DNA of 64,000 nucleotides from a virus (taxonomy: Duplodnaviria > Caudoviricetes), in the IMG/VR virus record IMGVR_UViG_3300025918_000011, positions 5,377 to 69,376 of that record; one strand, given 5' to 3'. Positions 55,979 to 64,000 of this stretch are shown here, one piece after another (position 1 is the stretch's first letter; every line of letters starts with the position of its first letter). The position numbers were made by a program, and so were the translations under genes. The notes below the pieces were generated by a model. It searched no databases and was not told where the DNA came from. It saw only the letters and a program-made list of their open reading frames with translations.

Positions 55979-58210
55979 TTACGCGCCCGCGTTCTTGTAG
56001 AAGCCGCGGTGGTCGATCACCTTCGCCGCGAAGTCCTCGCGACACTTGATCTCGAGACCGTCGACGTCGAAGCCGACGCGCGACTCGACCATGGGACCCT
56101 CTTCGCCTTCGAGGAAGCCGTACTCGATCATGTCGATCTGCGCGGGGTCGCACGCCAGGTACCACGCCGTCGTCGAGTTGCCCGAGAGTCGCGGCTCGGA
56201 GATCACCTCGAGCCGGCCCGCGAACGGGTTGACGTTCGAGCTCTGCGTGGCGAGCAGCGCCGTCGAGACGAACTGATCGGCGATGGTCTCCTTCTCAGGC
56301 GGCACGATGAGGTATCGCGCGCTGAGGTTGAGATACGTCGCCGCGTCGAGACCTGTCTGCTTGCGTAGCGCGGTGCGGCCGGCGCCGATCGACGCGACGG
56401 CGATGGCGTCGCTCGTGCCGGAGAGGTTGCCGTGGTCCGCGTGGAACAGCACGACGCCGTCGCCCATCGCGGCGTTCGCGGTGATCTGCTGCCACACGAG
56501 GTCGCTCTCGAGGTTGCGGGCCGACCGGCCGAACAGCATCGGCACGCGCGAGAATGCGTCGGTGTCGTCGTTGACGAGCGCCTTGCGCGTGATCGCGAAT
56601 TTGCGGCCGTACGTGGCGAGCTGGAACTGTTCCTTGCCCTCGCCGATCGTGCCGGACTTGAACTCGCCGTGCTCGAGCACCTCGAGCAGCGCCGGAGCCT
56701 CGCCCAGCGACAGCCGCTTGACCGGCTTGAAGTCGGTCAGCGTCACGCGTCGACCGATCGTGGTGAACGTCTGCGGCGCGGCCTCGTACGCGGCGCGCAA
56801 CGTCTTGTTGGCGACGTCGGCGAGCAGGTTCGCATAGTCGCTCGTCGTGTGCATGCCGCCGCGCGAGTCGAGGCCGAGGGCGACGCCCGCGATCTCCATG
56901 CGCGACATGCCGGACGTTCGGATGCCCTTCGAGTTGAGGTACGCGCGGGCGACGTCGATGAGCGTCATGCCGCGGTACCGGCGCCCGTTGTCCTCGAGCT
57001 TGAAGAAGCCCGGGGCCACGCGGTGCAGGATCGCGTTCGAGATGCCGCTGCGCGCGTGCACGAGGGGATCGTCGCCCATCGTGATTTCCGGACGACGCGC
57101 GTCGTTCGGCTGCGGACCGGCGAGGTCGCCGCCGCGCTTGCGCAGCTCGGTGAAGACGCGGGCCTGGGCGTCGACGAGCGGCACGCCGTCGGCGATGAGC
57201 CGATCGAGCACGGCCTGCGGCATGCGAGCCGCGCGGCACGCCATCGTAATTCCCTGCACGCGGGCGCGCTCGGCCGAGGTCGCGATCGTCGCGTCGTCGG
57301 GCGTCGGAGCCGCGGCGCGCACCGGGGTCTCGGCCCGAGCGATCGCGGAGACGGGATCCTCGGCGAGGAACTCCGGAGAGTCGTCGCCGTCGCCCTCGCC
57401 CTCGAGCTCGCCGAGGCGAGCGTCGTCGAGGTGCGCCTCGTCGGCGGGGTTGTCGGTGGCGCGGGTCGCGTCGGCGTTCGGCGTCGTCATCTTCGGCTTC
57501 ATGGCTTCCTTCTCCTTATGCGACGGCGACGGCGCCGAAGTGGCGGCCGAGCTCGTGCGCGTCACGATTTCGCATTGATTGGTGTCGACGGGGCGAGCGC
57601 CGCGTGTCGCGGCTGCCGCATCGGCGGGGATCGGGACCATGGAGACCTCGAAAGGTTCCCAATCGGTCGCGAGACGGATCGGCAACTTGTTGCCCTTGGG
57701 CGTGGTCTCTTCGTACTGGTGCACGCGGTACCCGACGGAGACCGAACGCACGATCCCGTCGCGCACGTCGCGGATGATGCCGGCGACCTCGTCGCGGCTC
57801 GAGAACTTCACGCGGGCCCGCGCCTCGCCCTTCGAGATGGCGACCGAGCCGGGGACGACGGCGCCGAGGATGTCCGAGACGCTCCACGCGCTGTGTGAGT
57901 CGAGCAGCGGGCCCCCGGCGTTGAGGCGCTCGATCCGGATGTGCGCCGGATCCATCGACAGCCGCTCGATGTAGCGGCGATCGGTGTTCCAGTCGTAGCG
58001 CTCGACGTCGGAGCCGGTCGACCATACGATGTCGACCTCGCGCGAGGCTTCGTCGAAGCTAGCGCCGGAGACTGCGATGCGCGCCTCGAGCGAGAGGGGC
58101 GTGAGCATGACGGTACGGCGCGGGACGAGGGGCGCGGGCGACGTCGAAGGCGTTCGCGTCGGCGCTGGCCCTAGGAGCGATTGACCGGAACGTCTTCGAG
58201 ATTTCGCCAT
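55979..58210 (-). CDS. Fused prohead protease - major capsid protein
   Basis: N-terminal PLLDSH...VRSVSVGY...WEPFEVSMVPIPAD (HK97-type protease); C-terminal TTSDYANLL, DFKP, TYGRKFAITRKALVNDD, IEYGFLEG, DFAAKVIDHRG. Confidence 0.93.
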   Translation of the reverse strand: MAKSRRRSGQSLLGPAPTRTPSTSPAPLVPRRTVMLTPLSLEARIAVSGASFDEASREVDIVWSTGSDVERYDWNTDRRYIERLSMDPAHIRIERLNAGGPLLDSHSAWSVSDILGAVVPGSVAISKGEARARVKFSSRDEVAGIIRDVRDGIVRSVSVGYRVHQYEETTPKGNKLPIRLATDWEPFEVSMVPIPADAAAATRGARPVDTNQCEIVTRTSSAATSAPSPSHKEKEAMKPKMTTPNADATRATDNPADEAHLDDARLGELEGEGDGDDSPEFLAEDPVSAIARAETPVRAAAPTPDDATIATSAERARVQGITMACRAARMPQAVLDRLIADGVPLVDAQARVFTELRKRGGDLAGPQPNDARRPEITMGDDPLVHARSGISNAILHRVAPGFFKLEDNGRRYRGMTLIDVARAYLNSKGIRTSGMSRMEIAGVALGLDSRGGMHTTSDYANLLADVANKTLRAAYEAAPQTFTTIGRRVTLTDFKPVKRLSLGEAPALLEVLEHGEFKSGTIGEGKEQFQLATYGRKFAITRKALVNDDTDAFSRVPMLFGRSARNLESDLVWQQITANAAMGDGVVLFHADHGNLSGTSDAIAVASIGAGRTALRKQTGLDAATYLNLSARYLIVPPEKETIADQFVSTALLATQSSNVNPFAGRLEVISEPRLSGNSTTAWYLACDPAQIDMIEYGFLEGEEGPMVESRVGFDVDGLEIKCREDFAAKVIDHRGFYKNAGA

Positions 58211-58260
58211 TACCGGGCGATGATGCCCGGCGAGCGCCTAATACGATCTAGTTGACGCGA

Positions 58261-58575
58261 CTATTCAGGATCGCGGGGTGCCGCTGGCAAGTGACCGCAG
58301 TAAATGCCGCCAGTCGAGGGCGATCGGAGCCAACCTTTACGGTGCAAGCGCTGGACGATTTGGTGCACGCGCTGCCAGCATCCACCGGTGCGACGCGCGA
58401 CGTCGCGCAACGACGGCTCGATGCCGACGTCGGCACAGCGCAGCAGGAACCGGAACACCTCGATTTCGCGCTTCGTCAGCGGATAGAGGGTACGCACTTC
58501 GCCGTTATTGCGCGCGGCTTCCTGCTCGGTGTGCTCGGTCGGAGCTTTTGCGCGCGGATTAACGGGGGATCTCAT
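58261..58575 (-). CDS. LexA N-terminal-like winged-HTH protein (no peptidase domain)
   Basis: LTKREIEVFRFL...GIEPSLRDVARRTG...VHQIVQRLHRKGWL. Confidence 0.75.
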   Translation of the reverse strand: MRSPVNPRAKAPTEHTEQEAARNNGEVRTLYPLTKREIEVFRFLLRCADVGIEPSLRDVARRTGGCWQRVHQIVQRLHRKGWLRSPSTGGIYCGHLPAAPRDPE

Positions 58576-59075
58576 CGCAGACGGCCCTCGGGATCAAGGA
58601 TTGCCAATGCCGCGTCTCGGCCTGCGCGCCAGCATTGGCGGCAGCCTAGCTTCGGGGGCTGCGTCGGACGATTGCGGCGCCCTTCGCGGAATGCTCGGAT
58701 CGCCGCGTCGCGACCTTGGCGCCAGAGGAGCGGCCAGTGCCCCTCGCGCGGGGGCTGCAGTGCCTCGGCGTTGGCGATGCGACGAAGAGAGTCGGGCGAC
58801 GCGGGGTCGATCGCGGGGGCCTCGGGCGCCTTCGAGGGCTCGGCGGCGATCTCGTCGGCGGTATCGTCGGGCTCCTCGAGCTCGGCGGGGGGATTCGCCG
58901 CGTCGACGGGCACCGGCGCCACGACGACGTCGCGCGACGGAGCGAGCGTCGCCGCCTCGAGCGACGCCGGCATCGCCGTCGGCGAGATCATGCGATCCGA
59001 CACGCCGCCACGGCCGCGCGCTGCGGCTTCGCGCTGCTCGCGCTCGCGTTGCTCTCGTTCGAATCTTCGACTCAT
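58572..59075 (-). CDS. Hypothetical protein with duplicated WRxGRDAA motif
   Basis: LWRQGRDAAIRAF and CWRAGRDAALAIL. Confidence 0.55.
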   Translation of the reverse strand: MSRRFEREQREREQREAAARGRGGVSDRMISPTAMPASLEAATLAPSRDVVVAPVPVDAANPPAELEEPDDTADEIAAEPSKAPEAPAIDPASPDSLRRIANAEALQPPREGHWPLLWRQGRDAAIRAFREGRRNRPTQPPKLGCRQCWRAGRDAALAILDPEGRLR

Positions 59076-59092
59076 AAGGTATCGCCCTCTCG

Positions 59093-60766
59093 CTAATTCG
59101 CCGTCGCGCCCTTGCTCTTGCCCTTCGCCTTCGAGGTCGGCGTCTCCGTCGCAGGCGTCGAGGGCGTGCCGTCGGCGTTGTCGGCCGCAGCGGGCTGCCC
59201 GGGCGTCGTCGCTGCGGTCGCGCGCGGGTTGCCCGCCTGCGTCGTCATGCGCGCGTCGCTGTCGAGCACGAGCTCGAGCTCGTCGAGCAGCTCGTTGTCA
59301 GCGGCGATCTCCTCGAGCACCTCGCGCGGATCGTAGCCGCGCTCGCGCAGCGCCTCGCTCAGCGACATGATGCCGGCGCGGACGTTGCGCGTGTAGGCGA
59401 GGCCCTCGTTCGCGGGGTCGATCATCGGCATCGGCGGGGGCGTCCACGACGCCGAGGCGCTCATTACCTCGCCGACGCCGGTAACGCCGGCCTGCGCGGC
59501 CTGCATTGCCCAGCGCCATGTCACATCGCAGAACTGCGGAATAAAAGTCCTCCAACGCCAATTTTCGACGCGCGCCCAGTGCCGGAGCCGCGCCATGCGC
59601 GCCGACGAAAAGTTGACCTTCGAGTAGTCGCCGGTGAGATCCTCGTACGAGACGCCGATGCCCGTCGCGATCCCGCGCAGCGTTACCGCCGTGTAGTCGG
59701 GGTGGTCGCGGACGCTCGGGGGCTGAATCACCGTAACGTCACGTCCAGGTGCCACGTTGAGCACGGTGCCCGGCTCGATCATGTCGATCTGCGGCGACGC
59801 CGTCTCGTCCTGGATCGTTCCGAGCTCGGCTGCGGTGCCGTCGACGTCGGTCGTGAGCACGGCGAGGCACGCTGCGATCTTTTGCTTCAGCAACGTCGCG
59901 TCCTCGAACTCGTCGAAGTCGCGGAACTTCAGCAGCACCGGCGCGAACCACGACGCCCCGCGGAGCTGCCCGGGGCGATCGCGGCGATACACGTGCGCGA
60001 TGGACTCGGCCGGCACGCGGTACGACGTCGCCCCGCCGAAGTTCTGATCGCTGCCGGGGTGATCCCGAAACAGCCAATACGCGACGCGGCGCCCGAGCAT
60101 GTCGATTTCGATGCCGTTGATGATGCGCGTGAAGCCGACGACCTCGCCCGCGCCGTTCTTTATCTCGAAGGCGCCGATCTTCGTCGAGTCGATGTAGTCC
60201 GGCTCGAGGATCTGTAGCTGCATTGGGATTGGCAGCCCGTCGCTCGGGAGACGGTATCGCCGCCGCACGAGGCACTCGCCCGACTCGACGACGGTGCGCA
60301 TCACGAGGTGCTGCAGCCCGTAGAAGTTCTCGCGTCCGTCGGAGTCGCAGTCCGTCGAGTCGGCCCACGCCTTCCAGGCCGCGGCGGCCTTGCGCGAGAT
60401 ACCCTTCGACGGCTTGGCGACGATGCCCCAGCCTACGACGTGGTCGCAGATCGTCGTGAGGGCGCTCTCTGCGTAGCCGTTGTTGCGCACGAGGTCGCGG
60501 GCCGAGGTGCGCAGTCGGGATTGCGCCGCGCCGATGAGCGAGTTTGCGTCGCCGCTCGCGCGATTCCACCCCTGAGCGCGGCGCCCGACGCTCGCGCCCT
60601 CGTAGTGGCGCAGGAGAATGTCGGCCGCGGCGCGCGCTCTGAGCCGGCGCAGCGCGAATTGCGGCGCGAACACCGCGATCGCGCGGTCGATGACGTTGCC
60701 GCTGAGGAGCGAGGCGCGCCCCTTCGTCGTCGAGGACGGCGTAGCTTGAATCGCCTGCGTCGCCAT
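59093..60766 (-). CDS. Portal protein, lambda family
   Basis: RDLVRNN, DGECL-like ESGECLV, LQILEPDY, NGIEID..GRRVAY, QLRGASW, TGDYSKVNFSSAR, IDPANE. Confidence 0.95.
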   Translation of the reverse strand: MATQAIQATPSSTTKGRASLLSGNVIDRAIAVFAPQFALRRLRARAAADILLRHYEGASVGRRAQGWNRASGDANSLIGAAQSRLRTSARDLVRNNGYAESALTTICDHVVGWGIVAKPSKGISRKAAAAWKAWADSTDCDSDGRENFYGLQHLVMRTVVESGECLVRRRYRLPSDGLPIPMQLQILEPDYIDSTKIGAFEIKNGAGEVVGFTRIINGIEIDMLGRRVAYWLFRDHPGSDQNFGGATSYRVPAESIAHVYRRDRPGQLRGASWFAPVLLKFRDFDEFEDATLLKQKIAACLAVLTTDVDGTAAELGTIQDETASPQIDMIEPGTVLNVAPGRDVTVIQPPSVRDHPDYTAVTLRGIATGIGVSYEDLTGDYSKVNFSSARMARLRHWARVENWRWRTFIPQFCDVTWRWAMQAAQAGVTGVGEVMSASASWTPPPMPMIDPANEGLAYTRNVRAGIMSLSEALRERGYDPREVLEEIAADNELLDELELVLDSDARMTTQAGNPRATAATTPGQPAAADNADGTPSTPATETPTSKAKGKSKGATAN

Positions 60767-60772
60767 CGCTCG

Positions 60773-60985
60773 CTATGCTCCCTTCGAAGTCGCCACGAGC
60801 CTCGAGCGATTCGCCCCGAGCAGCAGCGCGAGCTCTCGGCGAAGCGCGTCGATGCCTTGCCGCATGTCGAGCATCGTGCGAAACGTGAACGTCTGCCCGC
60901 CGATCGTCGTGGACTGCAAGATGCTGCCCGACGCGATCGCCTGCTGAAGTCTGAGAATGCCGGCTCTGATTTCGGATTCGCTCAT
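60773..60985 (-). CDS. gpW-like head completion protein
   Basis: Small ORF between terminase and portal; LQQAIASG...TFRTMLDM. Confidence 0.7.
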   Translation of the reverse strand: MSESEIRAGILRLQQAIASGSILQSTTIGGQTFTFRTMLDMRQGIDALRRELALLLGANRSRLVATSKGA

Positions 60986-61126
60986 TTTCGAGCCCTCCGT
61001 AGGTCGAAATAATGCCCGCCGAAGATTATAAGGCGGGATTTAGCTTGGCGCTTGTCAAGTCGGGCGATCGGTGGTATCGCCCAGCGCCCTCGGGCCCCTT
61101 GACGACCCTCGCTCGGCGCCCTGCGC

Positions 61127-63175
61127 TCAGCGCCCACGCCGCAACCAATCGCGTCGCCGCCCTCCGAGAAACCCCGACCCCGCTCGAGGCGCCTGCGTGG
61201 AGGCCTTCGCGGGGGCCTGCACGCCCGTCGCCCCCGTCGCCGCTGCCGCCGCGGCCTTCGCCGACGACATCGTCGACCGATTCTCGAGCGGCACGCCCCC
61301 CACAGCGTCGGCGAGACGATCTGCGAGCAGCGCGAGATCGGGGTTCAGCAGCCGCAGCGCCCCGAACGCATACACGAGACAGTCAAACGCCTCGTTGCGC
61401 GGCCGAGTCTTGCGCCAAACGCTCGACGCCACGCCCCGCTCGAACTTGGAATGCAACCGCTCCGACGTGAGCTGCGCGGCGAGCTCGTCGTCGGCCCAGT
61501 CGACGAGCGGTATATGCACGTATCCGGGGCCCTTTTCCGTGAGCCCGAGCCTCGAGACGATCGTCGCCTTCGCGGAATCCACGCCGACGGTGTAAAGCGC
61601 GACGGTGCGCTTCGACTTTCCGACCTGCTGCCGAGACGGCTTCGAGATAATCGGGCGCTGCCCATCGCGACCAATGATCGCGTACACTCGCCGCGCCGCG
61701 GTGCGAATCGCATAATCATAGACGAACGTCGTCTTGTGCCCGGCGCTGTCGATGCACGTCGACGCGATCGAGAGCTTTTGGCCCGACGCATGCCGATACG
61801 GATGATCGAGCAGCTCGTCGAGCATCGCCCACACCGCGGGCAGCTCGGGGTCGCCGGGCAGCGTCACGCGATCCACAAGCCAAGACTCCTCGCCGGGGCC
61901 CCACGCCACGACGAGCGCCTCGAGCCGATCGTCTTGAGTGTCGACGCCCATCGTGAGGCAGCACGCCGCCTCGGGCACGTCGATGTCCGATGCAACGTTG
62001 CCCTCGCCGTCGACGAGCTGCTCGACGGGCTCGCGGCGCATGAGCAGGGCGTGCGGCTCGACGCCCTCGCCCTTCGACGGCTCGACGGGCTCGCCGAGCG
62101 TCGTGTTTTGCCACGTGTGCATTTCGGAGGCGTCGCCGGTCTTCTGCAACGCCCTCGCGCGTAGAAACCCCGCGACGATCTCGCTCAGGCTCGACAGCGG
62201 CGAATACGCCTCCCATAGATGGAAGCTCACGATCGCAGTTTCTTTGCGCGGGCCCTCGGCACGCCATTCGCCACGCTCGAGGATCGCGACGCGCTCGGCG
62301 TTGTCGATGCCGTAGTCGCACGCCGGGCAGTGGATGCGCACGGTCGACGGATCGCCGTCGGACCATCGAACGTTCGCCCAGCGGTACGGATGCATCTCGC
62401 CGCAGCCCGGGCACGGCACGTAGTAGCGCCGCATGTCGCCGCGCTGGAACCATGTATCGATGGTGCCGTCTTTGACGGTCGGCGAGCTCGTCATGATGAT
62501 GCGGCGCCGTCTCGAATACGCCGTCGTGCGCTTGATCGCGATAGCGATCGTCGAGCCCTCGCCCTGCAGCTCGGCGGGGTATCGGTCGACCTCGTCGAGG
62601 GCGAGCAGTCGCGTCGATCGTGCAGCGAGGCTCGCCGCTGAGTTCGCGCCCCCGATCGCCAGCGAGCCCCCGCGAAACGTCTTCGCGAGCGTCGTATTGC
62701 TCGCGTCCTTCGCGCGTTTCTTCGACACGCGCTCGGCGAGTACCGGGCTCGCCGCGATCACGGGCTCGAGGCGATTCTTGGCGAAGTCTTTCGCCATCGG
62801 ATCGACCGTTGGCTCGACGACGAGGATCGGGCAAGGATCGTGCGCGATGTGATAGGCGACGATGCACACGATGCACGCGGTTTTGCCCCACTGAGACGAC
62901 CCCATCACGACGACGATCTCGGCGCCCGTCTCATGGAACGCGTCGAGGATCCCGCGCTGATACGGCGCGAAGTCGCATCGCCAATGCGTGCCGACGAGCG
63001 GGCCCGTCGTAACGATCAGCTCGCGCTCCGAGAACTCGCTGACGAGCAGCTCCGTCGGCGGGGCGAAGCCGGCGCGCACCTTGGCGACGAGCTCGGCGAT
63101 TGCGACGTCGGAGGGCGAAGGCGTGAGGCTCGAGCTCGGCGGCTCGATCGGGCTCGCGCTCGGGCTAGTCGCCAT
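61127..63175 (-). CDS. Terminase large subunit (lambda gpA family)
   Basis: PYQRGIL, SSQWGKT, DEVDRYP, SSPT, YYVPCPGCG, TMGVDTQDDRLE, CIDSAG, NEAFDCLVY. Confidence 0.96.
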   Translation of the reverse strand: MATSPSASPIEPPSSSLTPSPSDVAIAELVAKVRAGFAPPTELLVSEFSERELIVTTGPLVGTHWRCDFAPYQRGILDAFHETGAEIVVVMGSSQWGKTACIVCIVAYHIAHDPCPILVVEPTVDPMAKDFAKNRLEPVIAASPVLAERVSKKRAKDASNTTLAKTFRGGSLAIGGANSAASLAARSTRLLALDEVDRYPAELQGEGSTIAIAIKRTTAYSRRRRIIMTSSPTVKDGTIDTWFQRGDMRRYYVPCPGCGEMHPYRWANVRWSDGDPSTVRIHCPACDYGIDNAERVAILERGEWRAEGPRKETAIVSFHLWEAYSPLSSLSEIVAGFLRARALQKTGDASEMHTWQNTTLGEPVEPSKGEGVEPHALLMRREPVEQLVDGEGNVASDIDVPEAACCLTMGVDTQDDRLEALVVAWGPGEESWLVDRVTLPGDPELPAVWAMLDELLDHPYRHASGQKLSIASTCIDSAGHKTTFVYDYAIRTAARRVYAIIGRDGQRPIISKPSRQQVGKSKRTVALYTVGVDSAKATIVSRLGLTEKGPGYVHIPLVDWADDELAAQLTSERLHSKFERGVASSVWRKTRPRNEAFDCLVYAFGALRLLNPDLALLADRLADAVGGVPLENRSTMSSAKAAAAAATGATGVQAPAKASTQAPRAGSGFLGGRRRDWLRRGR

Positions 63176-63902
63176 TGGCGTCGTCCTCGCCGTCGCCATC
63201 GCCGTCGCCGTCGGCGTCGACCCCCTCGAGCGCTGCTGCGATCGTCTGCGCTCGGATCGCCCTCTCGCCGTCGCCCGCGAGCTCGCGCAGCACGTCGTAA
63301 ACCGCGGCCTTCAACGCGCGCTCCACACCGACGACGCCCTCGAGCGTCCCGGCGCGAAACACGCGGTCCGCATGGCTCGTCGGGATCGCGAGGAGCGCCG
63401 TGCGAATCGCGTCGCGCTCGGCGTTCCAGGCTTTCTCTACGGCGTCCTTCGGCAGCAGCAGCCCCTCTCGAGTCGCGTGCGTCTGCTGCGCGAGGCGCGC
63501 CTGCCAGTGCTCTTTTTGGGCACGCTCGTACGCGAGGTCGACGGCGCCAATGCCGGTCGCCAACGGCGCGCCGTTGGGCGGCATCTCGACGGGCGAGAGC
63601 GTCGGCGCCCCCGATCCGTCGAGCGCCACGCCGATCGCGCCCCCCGCAGCACGCCCTCGAGCCTCGCGCGCCTCGAGCCACGCGCGCACCTTCGCCTCGT
63701 CGAACAAGCTCGGCTTGCCCTTGCGTCCGCGCACCGCGACGGGGCACCCGTTGCGCTCCCAGCGCTTGACGGCGGCGACCGTCACCGCGCTGCGCTGCCC
63801 GGGGAGATCTCGCAGCTCGGCGAGCTCGCGCGCTGTGATGAGCCCGGCGAGGCCCGCCGACGTGGGGCCCGACGACGGCGCCGGGGCGCTTGCCACTGGC
63901 AC
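63165..63902 (-). CDS. Terminase small subunit (Nu1-like)
   Basis: N-terminal winged HTH (TARELAEL...VKRWERNGCP...FDEAKVRAW), coiled coil (YERAQKEHWQARLA); GTG start. Confidence 0.88.
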   Translation of the reverse strand: MPVASAPAPSSGPTSAGLAGLITARELAELRDLPGQRSAVTVAAVKRWERNGCPVAVRGRKGKPSLFDEAKVRAWLEAREARGRAAGGAIGVALDGSGAPTLSPVEMPPNGAPLATGIGAVDLAYERAQKEHWQARLAQQTHATREGLLLPKDAVEKAWNAERDAIRTALLAIPTSHADRVFRAGTLEGVVGVERALKAAVYDVLRELAGDGERAIRAQTIAAALEGVDADGDGDGDGEDDANGD

Positions 63903-63964
63903 GCCGCTTGCGCTGGGCGAATCTGTAACACTGTCACCTACAGATGACGGATTGCCCCTGGCAA
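63890..63964. promoter_or_regulatory. Operator-like sites and an inverted repeat upstream of the small terminase
   Basis: TTGCCACTGGCA (63890) and TTGCCCCTGGCAA (63952) each match the early operator at 12/13; ATCTGTA...TACAGAT inverted repeat at 63921-63945. Confidence 0.55.
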
Positions 63965-64000
63965 CCTTGGAAACTAGGGCACCCCGGCGAGGGGGCTTAC

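Noticed and set aside
1-64000. Integrase, att site, tRNA or rRNA genes
   Set aside because: No tyrosine/serine recombinase motifs or RNA-gene structures were recognised; lifestyle cannot be called from this window.

Overview
This window is most of a GC-rich, lambda/HK97-like tailed dsDNA phage genome, almost all coded on the minus strand. In transcription order (right to left) it holds: small and large terminase (Nu1/gpA type), gpW, lambda-type portal, two regulatory/unknown inserts, a fused prohead-protease-major-capsid gene, two DUF2190 decoration paralogues, a DUF115/MptE-like gene, head-tail and tail genes (tail chaperones with a -1 frameshift, 1312-aa tape measure); a small plus-strand island with lipoproteins (39.7-42.4 kb); an early region with five operator-overlapped, apparently leaderless sigma70 promoters; replication and nucleotide-metabolism genes (DinG helicase, probable SSB, PD-(D/E)XK nuclease, AAA_24 ATPase, ThyX, Nudix, ERCC4 nuclease, UDG-PolA fusion); and a putative lysis end (DUF2778/Tlde1, Endo VII HNH, membrane protein). 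The standout feature is a ~1.6 kb non-coding array at 25,991-27,587 with two alternating 10-nt repeats separated by 8-nt variable spacers (36-nt unit). It lies directly upstream of an IS110/Nop-domain protein that has no RuvC or HNH domain. This is the architecture of a TIGR-Tas RNA-guided system (nuclease-less TasA type), with repeat motifs that appear to differ from the described ones and a ribbon-helix-helix gene plus promoter upstream. All assignments come from motif recognition by eye; no database searches were run.
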